From positions 117,353,188-117,386,256 of the forward strand of contig NC_068983.1 in the NCBI RefSeq assembly GCF_001194135.2: a DNA stretch of 33,069 bases, given 5' to 3'. Numbering within the stretch: position 1 is the stretch's first letter; the number at the start of each line of letters is the position of its first letter. Origin of the DNA: Octopus bimaculoides (Eukaryota). The notes below the pieces were generated by a model that was not told where the DNA came from, did not search any database, and saw nothing but the letters and a program-made list of their open reading frames with translations. A program made the translations under genes and the position numbers. Below, piece after piece: positions 11,927-23,720 of the stretch.

Positions 11927-13205
11927 TTGACGAACAAAAAGGCTGTAAACAGAGTTCGTATGGTTGTAAAGACCAACTTTTAATCAATAAAATGATTCTT
12001 GAGGACTGCCACAAATGTCACAAAAATCTTTGTATTGCATGAATTGATCACAAAAAAGCGTTTGACAGCCTTCCACATAGATGGATTAAGAAATTCATGG
12101 AAATATATAAAGTTTGCCCGGTTATTGGTAAAGTTCTGTCAAATAACTATGAAACACTGGAAAACAACACTTATATACATAATGAATTGTGAGACAGATT
12201 GTGCGAAAGCTGGTGATATTGACATAAACTGTAGCATTTTCGAAGATGATTCTCTATCAACATTATTTGTTTGCGTGGTTCTCATTCCCCCAAGTAAACT
12301 GTAGAATGATACAAAGGACGTGTACAGCGTATGCAATAGACAAATCTCACACTTCCTTTATATGGATGATCTAAAGCTTTTCGCAAAAGATGATCAACAA
12401 CATAACAGTTAAGTGATGATATTGGTATGGAGTTCGGCCTTGATAAACGTGCTAAAAACGCATTTTGCAGGGAAACACTTGAAAACGTACAACACACAGA
12501 CAGTTCTAGCAATATCAAGGAATTAGATCCTGGAAAATTTATAAATATTGAAACGTGTTGTGATGGGGAAAGCATCCATCACTCACAAATGCATGAAAAA
12601 ATGCGGGAAGAATTTTATCAAGAGCGAATTTAATGTGAGAAACAGTCTTGATGCAATTAGTATCTTAGCTGTATTTCATTGAGATCAGTAAAACTGACAC
12701 AAAAAGAAGATTCTCACTTTGTACTATATGCGTCACCCAAAGGCAAATGTAGACAGATTAGATACCCTAATAAAGATAGGGAAATGTAGATTAACACAGC
12801 TGCAACTGTCTCTAAAGACAGCGACCATAAGGTTAGAGACCTATCTAAAAAAAACACCGATGACCGGATGCTTAAATTTGTCTAAGAAACTGCACTCAGT
12901 ATCAGAAGAAGCAAACGAAGTCACGAGATTCACTAAGAGTCTCACTAAATGAAACAGAAGAGACAACTGAGAACTTAAAAGAAAATCAAAGCTAAATGAA
13001 ATGGAATCACAGAACTGCGAAATAGATGGAAATATAAGACAATACGTGATAAATATCCTGCAAGGGCCAGCGATCGTGATATTGTTACAAATATGATAGA
13101 TCAGCGGTTGGTTGCATCTGGACTTAAATTAAAAATAGAGGGTTTCATCATAGCAGCTCATGATCAGTATCTGCCTACCAGAAACAACCAAGCCAGCATT
13201 CTTAC
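11927..13205 (+). mobile_element. Dong/R4-clade non-LTR retrotransposon, decayed RT fragment
   Basis: Across frameshifts: DEQKGCKQSSYGCKDQLLINKMILEDC, IDHKKAFDSLPHRWI, IF(E)DDSLS.LF, ISHFLYMDDLKLFAKDD, HPKANVDRL, GLKLKIEGFIIAAHDQYLPTRNNQ. These motifs are typical of RLE-type R4/Dong elements. Confidence 0.85.
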
Positions 13206-13330
13206 AGTGATACTGATCCTGCCTGCTTGCTAGGGTTAATGAAATAGTCACCGATGGTCCGACCATGCAACAGGTTCTACTGGATTAAAAGTTACCAACA
13301 GCGATTGGAGTGACCTGGCANNNNNNNNNN

Positions 13331-13379
<49 letters not shown>

Positions 13380-13764
13380 CAATGTGTGACAGAAGGTCAG
13401 CAAATCAAACGGAGGCCTCAAAAGACATTTTAAGATCGACAAAGATCTTACTGGTTCAAACCGGATATGCAATCTATGTGAAAGAAAGAAAGGAAGAAAG
13501 AAAGAAAGGAAGAAGGGTTTATTGGATAGCGGTTCCATTGGATATCGAAGAAGCCATAATGAAGGTATGGTGCGCAATTTATCAAGTAGAAGTTAGGTTT
13601 GTTCAATTTTCACCATTACTTAAAGACGTAACAAAGTTGCATTCATGAGAAGTTTGTCAAGAGATATTGTAGTCGTGGCTGTCCTCCTCTTAAATAGCTT
13701 TCATTTCAAGTAGGTTGGGACGAGAGTTAGTGCTGGTGATATGAGCTAAAGCATATTCTATCTC

Positions 13765-13864
13765 TCTTCTCTCTCCTTCTGCCTGTCTCTGTCTGTTTTT
13801 CTCCCACTTTCTTTTTCTCTCTCTCTCTTTATCTCTGTCTATCTATTGATCTATCTATCTATTA

Positions 13865-13903
<39 letters not shown>

Positions 13904-13955
13904 TCTATCTTTATATATTAATTTATCTGTCTATTTATCTATCTTTCTATCTCTG
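13765..13955. repeat. Compound (TC)n/(TCTA)n/(TA)n microsatellite
   Basis: Seen directly. Confidence 0.9.
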
Positions 13956-13959
13956 TTGG

Positions 13960-14053
13960 TAATTTTTTTCTTTGGATTTTTCCCTTTTCTGTTTTTCCTT
14001 TCCGATGAAGTGATATGCTCGAAACGTGAAAAATCACTTTTTACTGAGCGTCA
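13960..14053 (+). repeat. Second copy of the hammerhead-like short repeat
   Basis: CCGATGA(14002-14008)-12 nt-GAAACGTG(14021-14028)...tgagcgtc; homologous to 2322-2490. Confidence 0.5.
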
Positions 14054-14089
14054 TTCTGGTCGTTTGTTAAAAAGAACAAACGACCAGAA
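14054..14089. other. Perfect inverted repeat, 15-bp stem with 6-nt loop
   Basis: ttctggtcgtttgtt-aaaaag-aacaaacgaccagaa. Confidence 0.95.
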
Positions 14090-14179
14090 CGAATTAACAG
14101 AAAATGGTGTGAGGGACGTGGCCAACCCCGCAAACTGCATTCTAACACTGTATACCTGGTAGACCCTTTGTCTTCTCGA

Positions 14180-16650
14180 TCAGACATGTTCATTCACTCT
14201 CAACAAATTCGCTACAGTCTTCCATCTTTTCTGAAATATTCCATGTGATAGGCATATCCTCACCAACCTTTTTTTCTTTTCCAGGTGAAAAAGAAGACAA
14301 CCAACCCAAGGCTAGAGATAAAGATGCCTGTCACGATCCCTTTCATTCGTGTCTTCCATAGTACCACCTTCGCAGTAGCTACTACAAAGAGGAAACAAGC
14401 CGGTTCTACCCTATTAAGAGAAGACGGCGGAACAAACTTAATTATAGACTCGGATGACAGTTGAAATTTTCTCAGCCGTGACGACAGTTGCTCGACATAA
14501 ACCCAAAGTTCCGAAATCTTCAGACATTGCATAATTGCGTGCAGAACAGTTTCACTGTCTTGTACGCATCTTGTACAAGTTGGCGTGAGTAAAGAAGCAT
14601 GCCTGAAGAGTATATCCCGAACAGGTAAGGCTCCTCGGTAACATTGCCATGCCAGAGACTTCTGGAAATTGTCCATAGGCCATGGCCCGAATGTTCGTCG
14701 GTACAGGGCGGCCAGTTGACCGTCATCGAAGACCAACGTTTCTCCTAGGGCGTCGTCACACTTCAACTCTACCAACCCTCTATAAACGACGAGGTGGAAC
14801 CCCCGATGCCGGTGTTGCTCATCTGGAAGAGGAGCAAGAGTTCCTGATGAGACACTGATTGCTAAGCACCCAACTTCTGTCTACGCTTAATCGATGGGTT
14901 CAGTTCACTAAAAGAGGTGAACCGCGGAAGCAACAGTCTGACGAACGAAGACCACACCTGCTCACTGTCCAGGTAGAGCCAGAGCTGCCTCAACCTCAGC
15001 GCATGCTTGCGCAATTTTAGCCACGGCATCACCAGCCCACCCTTCAGAGTTTGTTGGCAACAAATAGAGCGCCTTACAAGAAGTTCCCTGCCTCTCCAAA
15101 AAAGCAGAAGAGCCTGCATTCCAACTTGTTCAGACAAGAAACTGGACAAGGTACAACGGTCAGGCGGTAGGTAATTACTGATGCGATAAACACACCAGCA
15201 ACGTCCGCCTTCCCTTCCAGGGACAGCTTCTGTTCATACCAGGTCTGAGTCAGGAGAGCCAACCTGCTCGCCACCTCGCTTCAGTTCTTCTTTATCTGGA
15301 GGTCTGGACCAAACAAGACCCCTAGCATTTTAACCGATGCGTCCGTCCAACGTCCCACGACGCTGTTGGGCGTCATCGACTTGACCCTCTAGGTTCTGAG
15401 CTGCAAGTCCACCGATTATCCGGGTTAAGTTTTGCACCTGACACCACTTCGTTATCCCTTATGGCCTCATCTACCCACTGTAGATGTTCGACCCGGGATA
15501 TGATGACGGTATGTCGTTCGCATATGCCAAAACCAATTTTCCGCACCCTAGATCTCGCGGGATGCCTCTCATAGCCTCCAACCTCCGAAGCAATGGCGTG
15601 AGGGACAAAGCATACAGAAGGTGGGGGGAGAGAGGATACCCTTGCCGTACATAATGCTCAATGTAGAAAGGTTCCGAAAAAAAAACCGAACGATTGATTC
15701 GAAGTTGTTATATACAGCTGTGATCCACCAACGGAATGTCGGACTAAACACGGCCGACGCAAGAACCATCGCCAGATACTGATGGTCAACCCTATCAAAT
15801 GCTTTGGATTATTCTAAATGGACCATAGCCCCCACCCTTACCAGGAATTTTATTTACCTTAAGGTATTGTGTATAGGATGGAGATTGCCGCGAATTGACT
15901 TACCAGGGATGGTGCAGGTTTGCGCCTCCCAAACAAGTTTATCCACGACCCACATCAACCATTTTGCTTGGGCAAAATCTTGAGCAAAAGTCTTCAGCTC
16001 TGCGTCAGGCAAGGGGATGGGCCTAAAATTATCAATTACGTCCCCCTTATTCGGGTCCTTTCTTAGCAATGTCACAACCCACCGACTCACAGACTTACGA
16101 TTACTCCTATTCTGCTGCCAGTTGATATAGACGCATACAAGTAGGTACCCGAACAACTCTGGCATACTATAATACAGTTCGTAGGGATGACCATCTAATC
16201 CCGGTGACTTGTCCCCGCCGCACTTGTCAATGCCTCCTCCACTTCCGCAGCTGTGATCGGCCCTTCACAGCATTTCGCTTCCTGCCCCGAGAGAAGTGGT
16301 ACACCGGCGAGGAATTCTGCAAAGTCCTCCATACGCTCCGGCCCACCGCCCCTCCCAATGAATGTGATGTCTTTCCATATAGGCTGCAGACACTTTTCTA
16401 TTGCCTCTTTAGAGGCCATATTGATTTCTTTACTTTTTATGATATATGTTTAAAAAAGCACAATTCTCCTCTGTGTTGTGTGAATCACATCTGGCGGAGT
16501 AACTTTTATACTTTGCCCCTCCCTAAGGAGGAGGCTCTTATATTTATCCAGTTCATTCTTTCCGAATGATACGTCTTCTGTAGTTACACTTGCTGCTGTG
16601 ACGAAGTTGATATGTTTGTTTACGCTTTGTGACACTTTGGGTTGCATGTT
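14180..16650 (-). mobile_element. L1-Tx1-clade LINE, decayed: ORF2 RT and C-terminal zinc ribbon, preceded by a probable ORF1 N-terminus
   Basis: CEGPITAAEVEEAL, PYELY, TLLRKDPNKGDVIDNFRPIPL, VRQGYPLSP, AYANDI (RT YADD equivalent), KMLGVLFG, and WQCYRGALPVRD...CTRCVQDSETVLHAIMQC (CCHC). ORF2 stop at about 14182-14180; several frameshifts. Confidence 0.88.
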
Positions 16651-17788
16651 CGAAACATTTTTCCAGGATTGAATGCTTTTTCCAACGAATCTTCAGCCAA
16701 CGAATCTTCCTCCTCCGAAGAGGACAAGTTTTCAAAAACAGATGTCATTAATATCTTTTTTTATTTCCTCCTCCCAATGAGGCGGGGAAAACGTAACAAA
16801 TCTGCTAAGACGCAGATGAAATATTTTACAACAATAACAAGAGACACAAAATTGTTCAACAATACAAGTTAATAAATTATCTACAAAGTACTTTCGCTGC
16901 AGAAGAAAAAGACGTCTGACAACTTCGAGTAGTCGGTTTCAAACTCTATTCTTTATTAACCATTACGGTCAAAGATACAGAGGAGACGAAACAACGACAG
17001 ACAAACAATAACGTAGGGGAAAACAAAAACGAATGTAAAAATGAAAGATGAAAAAGAAGGGGGGAAATTGAGTGATAGATATGGGGGACCTCACCAGCCA
17101 CACATCATCACTGAACCTTAATCAGATTACAGTTTTTTTTCTTGTGGTAAAATACAATTAAAACATGTAAAAGGTAAACTTGGTACAACATGGAAGATCC
17201 ATGCAAAAGTTCAAATAAAGAACCTTTCGTACTCCCCATTGAATGTTTCAAGCAAGAATAAAAATAATTAAATTATTTTATTTTATTTATTATTTCATAA
17301 TAGAATATAGGGATAAAATCACGTTAATGATTTTTATCTGGTAGTCAGCATGTATAAAAATTTATAGGCATTTTATACTCCTGACCGGAATAGTATTTAC
17401 TACTCGGCTATTCTGATAATATACTCGTGGCTGCCGTGAGGGTATTTAATTTTGACTTATCTTGGATCTATATGCACAAATATGTGTATGTAAACGTGCA
17501 AATCCACTTTGTACAGTATGTATGATTATTTTCATTTATATTTCCCGTGAATTGTGTTGACGAAGGAAAAAGCCTATTTTTACGGTTATAAACCAGAAAT
17601 TGGAACCATTTCACAATTAACGTGAAGTCTTTTTAATGCATATACATACACATGTAAAACAAATAATTGATATATGCATAGTTATACTATTAACAGATTG
17701 TCGGAAAGGTCAGATTCCGAGTATAACAAAAAAATGTATGCCATTAAAACTGTTACCTCTTTTTGAAAGAAAATTCTTTGAGTCCATG

Positions 17789-17950
17789 TTTGACAACTGG
17801 TGTTGGTGTGTTTATGTTCCGCAAAGAAAAAATCGATAGAATAATTACCAGGCCTAAAAAAGAAAGCCTTGAGGTCGATTTGTTCGACTAAAACCCTTCA
17901 ATGCGGTGTTTCAGCATGGCTGCAGTCAAATGACTGAAACAAGTAAAAGT
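17789..17950 (+). mobile_element. SINE family A, 3' half
   Basis: tgacaactggtgttggtgtgtttatg...gaggtcgatttgttcgactaaaacccttcaatgcggtgtttcagcatggctgcagtcaaatgactgaaacaagtaaaag. Confidence 0.75.
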
Positions 17951-18204
17951 AAAAAATTGAAGAATAATCATTTTGCCGAATGAATTTGAACCATCGATGT
18001 TCGGGATTGAGTATTCCTTACTACACCTGAAGAAATTAAATAAAAGCAGAAATTAATTAAAAGTAACAATGAACTAATGGACTATGCAAATCATACGCCC
18101 TTATAAGACCCAAGAATATATTCTTGCCAGTACACCTCTTCCACTAATTTTGGGAAATTGTTGTTGCATATCAATTTATTTCTCATTACGAAGGTTTCAG
18201 TAAA

Positions 18205-18523
18205 CTACACACATACATACACATACATACAAATATATATACATAAATACATACTGACCGACGGTAGCTAGATAGATAGATAAACACGCAGACTTACAAA
18301 ACAGTCATATAGACATACTTATACACATATATACTGATAGATTTCCACATAGACAATCTATACATCCCCAAGTAATTGTATTGACATAAACGATGAGTAT
18401 CTGTATACACACGTGCACACTCATGTAGCACACGCATACATCCAGATATACACAATTTAACATACACACGCACAAAGTCAACGCCGCCCATTCAACTACC
18501 GAAACACACACGCATACAATTAA

Positions 18524-18564
<41 letters not shown>

Positions 18565-18819
18565 AACAGGAACGACCAAACGCACACGCACAAATGCATA
18601 CAGTAGTTCAACGCATACAACTAATTATAAATTCGTAGATATGCAACGAAGTCACTACAAAGCGCAGTGTGTGTATACATACATGTGTGTGTCTATGATG
18701 GGGCGTATACGATACAAAGGTTGACACAACTAGATATGTATACTCTTACCGTATATATGAGTATGTACACACACATATATATAGATATATACATATATAT
18801 GTATTTACATGTACATGCA

Positions 18820-18883
<64 letters not shown>

Positions 18884-18885
18884 CG
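18205..18885. repeat. Low-complexity CA/TA/GT-rich tract including (TA)n at 18527-18562 and (GT)n at 18824-18879
   Basis: Seen directly. Confidence 0.85.
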
Positions 18886-19374
18886 CGTGCAGACCTTGTC
18901 TTAATAGCAATCCATCTGTTAGGCTTATTTGCTCTTTGAAATGAGGTATATGAAAAATAAGAAAAGAAAAGAAGTAATAAACAGAATTACACTTGTGTGA
19001 AGAACGAAAGGTGAACATAATTTAATTGGTAACACTGAATAGTTATAAATTGGTTCAAGGGCTTTCAGTATAAGAAATCTTATAAATTTATGCAAATATG
19101 CACTTCTAGCTACTACATGTCTATTAACCCTATTATTCTCAACATATCTCTAATTTTCGCAATGGAGGCCTCCAAATTATATAAACAAGAAGTACATGTG
19201 TAACCATAGACATACATATATTGATGCAATTAAATTCCTCACAGTTGCTCCTGACAAAGTTCTGTAAGTGGTGCGGATTAGAGAAGAGTTAAGGAGAGCG
19301 AAATATTTCAGTACTATTTTGCTATTGAGTAACTTACCAATTCTTAAGTTGAAACGTTTACATACATTCGTACG

Positions 19375-19570
19375 TACGACGGAGTATTGAAAAGTTCCTG
19401 GCTTTAAGAATAAACTTCTGAAATCTTATGCAGGGACGTAGAAAAACCGAAGGGCCGCTGGAGCGAGTGTGTGAATCTGAGAGGGGTATATGTTGAATAA
19501 AATCATGGTTAAATGATCCACCTATACTTTCTTTTACACAAAATCAGGAAGTTTGCTGCATCACCTCGTA
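19375..19570. mobile_element. Mariner-derived MITE, about 196 bp
   Basis: Degenerate TIRs tacgacggagtattgaaaagttcctggcttt / aaaatcaggaagtttgctgcatcacctcgta with TA ends; no coding capacity. Confidence 0.65.
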
Positions 19571-20384
19571 CATATGTTATTAGAACAACCTGTATAGGAA
19601 AATAAAGCTATGAATTCAAATTGACTTACCACTGCTGGCTTGCAGTATCCTTTTTAAGAAAAGCTTAGCCGAAAGTACTCTTTCTCTTTTCTCTTGGTGC
19701 TGTATGAATTATTTGATGTGGTTTCTGTGTCAAGTTTTGACTGCTTTCTCTAGCACAGTGGTATCATTTAGATACCTTTAATTATAATTATTACCTATAA
19801 GGGTTTTATTCCCATGCTGGCCACTTGATATGATCGGTATTTTACATNNNNNNNNNNNNNNNNNNNNNNNNNNNNNNNNNNNNNNNNNNNNNNNNNNNNN
19901 NNNNNNNNNNNNNNNNNNNNNNNNNNNNNNNNNNNNNNNNNNNNNNNNNNNNNNNNNNNNNNNNNNNNNNNNNNNNNNNNNNNNNNNNNNNNNNNNNNNN
20001 NNNNNNNNNNNNNNNNNNNNNNNNNNNNNNNNNNNNNNNNNNNNNNNNNNNNNNNNNNNNNNNNNNNNNNNNNNNNNNNNNNNNNNNNNNNNNNNNNNNN
20101 NNNNNNNNNNNNNNNNNNNNNNNNNNNNNNNNNNNNNNNNNNNNNNNNNNNNNNNNNNNNNNNNNNNNNNNNNNNNNNNNNNNNNNNNNNNNNNNNNNNN
20201 NNNNNNNNNNNNNNNNNNNNNNNNNNNNNNNNNNNNNNNNNNNNNNNNNNNNNNNNNNNNNNNNNNNNNNNNNNNNNNNATTGTGTGTTTTAATTAATTT
20301 ACATTACATTACATGTTTCGTTTTTTTTTTTAAAAACCTTATCAAAAATGAGTATAAATATGTGAGAAGAGAAGAGGGCTATTA

Positions 20385-20692
20385 TTCTGAAGTAGGTATT
20401 TTTGCAGTCCTATGGTGGTTATTTTATAATAGTTTTCCAGCTGTATAAGACCCCTACCACCTTCTGTACGTTGCATATATAGCCTTTCTATGTCAGATTT
20501 TGGGTGGTGCATCCTAGATCCTGTCATTATTTTTCTTGTTTTCATGTCTATTTTAGATAGTTCGTTTAGTGTCCAGTTAAGGATATTGTAGCTGTAAGTT
20601 ATAACTAGGACGGCTAAAGTGTTAATACTTATTATCTTGTTTTTAGCATTGAGCTCTGATTTTAGTATTGATCTAACTCGTCTATAGTACTC

Positions 20693-20695
<3 letters not shown>
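20385..20695 (-). mobile_element. Dong/R4-clade LINE fragment (post-RT region), reading frame uninterrupted
   Basis: KEYYRRVRSILKSELNAKNKIISINTLAVLVITYSYNILNWTLNELSKIDMKTRKIMTGSRMHHPKSDIERLYMQRTEGGRGLIQLE. Its 5' end joins (AAT)n directly. Confidence 0.85.
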
Positions 20696-20727
<32 letters not shown>

Positions 20728-20729
<2 letters not shown>

Positions 20730-20857
20730 TGCCGAGGTCGAATTTGCTTTTCATCCTCTCAGGGTCGATAAAATAATGAGCAGTTGAGCACTGGGGTCGA
20801 TATAATCCATTTAACCCCTCCACCAAAATTGCTAGCATTGTGCCAAAATTTGAAAGC
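20728..20857 (+). mobile_element. SINE family B, 5'-truncated, flanked by (ATT)n
   Basis: ctgccgaggtcgaatttgcttttcatcctctcagggtcgataaaata...gcactggggtcgatataatc...ttgtgccaaaatttgaaagc. Confidence 0.8.
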
Positions 20858-21521
20858 ATTATTATTATTATAAATAAAATACTGGTCAGGAAGTGAGATC
20901 AATATAATCGTATATCTCATATTTCTCGAAAATTTTAGCTTGTGCCTAAACGAGAAATACTTATATTATAACAATATCATCTAGAAACTGTTAGTTTCAT
21001 TTCAAATATACTTCAAGCTTTGGCAGTTTGGGTGTTGTACCGAGTATCACACCAATTATTACTACAAAAATTTTAATCATCGTGTCCGCCTAAGTTCCTT
21101 TTTTTTTTTTTCAGTTTTCTCACTTTCACTTAATAACTATTTAATTCTCATTTGACATTCTAATAGCAATGATCTTACAATGTTTGTTATTTCTTATTCC
21201 AGTATGATATCTAACCTTCTTAAAACAAAAATATGGAAATGTTCTTTAAAATCCTCTACTTATCATTCGCTATAACACCCTCTGGTCCATTTTCACTTTC
21301 TTCAATTCCACTAACTTGGCTAACATCTTAACACCCTCTCTTTTAACCTACAAACCCCTAGAATTAAGAGAGTAGAATAAGCTGTCACGTTCCGTACTCT
21401 CTTATAGCATTTGCAAAGCTGATTCATACATTCGCCTCTTTTCTACACATTCAGTATATGCTAATATCCACCATTTAAACATGTTTTTCTAGTTTTGCCT
21501 TTTATGTAAGTCCTTCTTACA

Positions 21522-21573
21522 TAATTATAGCTGTTGAGAAACAAATCATTTTGTTTCTCAACAGCTATAATTA
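21522..21573. other. Perfect inverted repeat, 24-bp stem with 4-nt loop
   Basis: taattatagctgttgagaaacaaa-tcat-tttgtttctcaacagctataatta. Confidence 0.95.
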
Positions 21574-22399
21574 GGGATTTATTTTCTCTAACCACATATA
21601 ATACGCTTTTCTAACTATGAACAACATAGTTCTACAGGCCTGAAATCGCAGTACCGATAGTTAATATGCTCTAAATTTAACAAACCTCTACTTCTAACAG
21701 CTTTTGATAAATAGAGTCTGTCGGCTCTTTTTCAGTAATACGTTATAAATTGTAAATAATTTCCTAGATTTATCGAATTACTGTAGCTGTCTTTGTTTAC
21801 TTTAATAAAATGGTGGAGGGACTCAATAATCGTATAAATCATGTGTTTTCTTCCATCAGCAATACCGCCAAAAAGAACGCATGTTTTGAACTGTCATCCA
21901 TATTTCTAAAGTGCTGATGTTGCTCTGCTTCGAAGTCGTCTTCACATGATAGTTGACGTGTTTCGTTCGTCCACTTGAAAGGCATTGACAATAGCGTAGC
22001 TTCCTTTGAACTTAAGCCACGTCTATCTCAGTTGAATTGTGTTTTTTATGGATTCTAAATTGCTGGTATTGCATCCACGGACGACTCGTATATGTGAAAT
22101 CCTTTTCCACTCGAAGACTGATAAAATTTTTATGAAGACACTGCATGTTAAAATCCTGCAGTGTTTTAATGAGTCGGATATAAGTAATCCACGTCTTCCT
22201 TACAGGAGAATAGAAACATGCACTGCCAGTAATGGTCGCTGAGATACCGCTTCACTTACACGAGTAAGTCTTTTGCATGGGGAGGTTAGCCATGAGTGGC
22301 GCATTTTCTTCAGGTGCTTCTATTTCTTTAGCTTAAATTGGTGATTCTTTTGCGGTTAGAATTAATGAACTCAGTTTCATAGTGGCATTTAGAAATTGA

Positions 22400-23720
22400 T
22401 TCTAACTATGGATGAAGTATTTCTTATCACTAGATTGGTTGCAGAAATTTAAGTAGATGCTTTATTTTTCTCTAAGAATCAGTACAGAAGAGTGATGCTT
22501 AAGTCAGTAATTTTGTGACATGAGGTTTCAGACTGCTTTGCTGTTTTTATTCCTAAATCTGGACTTTTGAGTTATACACTATTTCTTCAAGCTGACTTTA
22601 CACATTCCAGTGTGTAATAAAGAGGACTGTACATTACTGATACTGACACAAAATGGATATAATTGTCTACATAAAAGCTAAATCCAAGCGGCTTTATCAT
22701 TTCATTATTGTTTTAGTAATTGCATTTATCCAGACATGTGGAATTATGCCAATTACTGACTACAGAACTTAAAGTAGTTTGGGCACCAAATGGTGGTTTT
22801 GTTGAGGAGTGAACTGCCAATATTGATAATCCTCCTATTATTTATGCAATTGTAGCCAATATCTAAGTTTTGCCAATTAAATAGCTTGAGACATTTGTGA
22901 TCTGTAGCGAAGTATTTTTAGATCAAATTTAGGACGTTCTTAGTAATATTAGATTACTGAGTTTAAAAAGTCCGTGCATCGAACAAAAGTAGCATGATGT
23001 ATTCTACATTGAAGCTGCTATATCCTTTATTCTCAGTACCACTTTCCTTATCCCCCGTATGTTGATAAGTACGAAGTAAATTACGGGAGCTACAATAATT
23101 GACTAAAACTCTAGAGGATGAAGTCCAATGACTAACCAGATGTAGAATATGGTGATTTCTAACAAAATTTATTTTAAGACTCTTTTCAGGATATATGTAT
23201 TTGATGAATAAAAATGCTAACAAATTTCACTGGTAAGTTTGGTTGCCATAAAGAATAAACAGTTTAATTTTTTGTACAAACTTTTTTCTATAAGAAATTA
23301 GTGGGTAGTTATGTTTGTGCTAATGTTAATTTGTTTAACCTATTTTTAATTGAACTCAGTGGTAGTACATACCTCTTCTTTCAGTCATTTTCAATTTCTA
23401 ACTAAACTGAGTGTACAGAAATGCTATAATATATTCCCAACTGAAATGTGTTTGTCAAATGAAAAGAGTTAGGTATATTTTTTCTTTCGTGAAAATCATT
23501 AGTCTTATTCACAACAATATCTGCTAATTGAATTGTTATCTAATGAATGGAAATCATTTTAGGTTGACAACAGAAACATTTCCCATCTGAAATCATTTGT
23601 GAATAGATGTTGCTTCCTCGAGCGATCAACAACGTACTATTTAAGTATTGCACGATCAAAATTCTGCAACTATAACTAAGTATATATTTGCCGACAGGAT
23701 TAATTTGATTTATGATCACC
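22400..23720 (+). mobile_element. Heavily decayed CR1/L2-like LINE RT fragment; boundaries approximate
   Basis: Residual motifs in the expected order: CIYPDMWN (~22727-22745), aattgtagccaatatct resembling NYRPIS with a 1-nt deletion (~22848), DQI*DVLSNIRLLS, and IFADRINLIY (~23685) resembling FADDTNL. Many stops and frameshifts. Confidence 0.4.

Noticed and set aside
13376-13745. Non-microsatellite segment between TA and TC repeats, possibly a retroelement piece
   Set aside because: No diagnostic motif in any frame; left unclassified.
21840-22330. Minus-strand frame of about 160 codons with only 3 stops
   Set aside because: No recognisable motif; probably the antisense of decayed LINE sequence adjoining the CR1/L2-like fragment.
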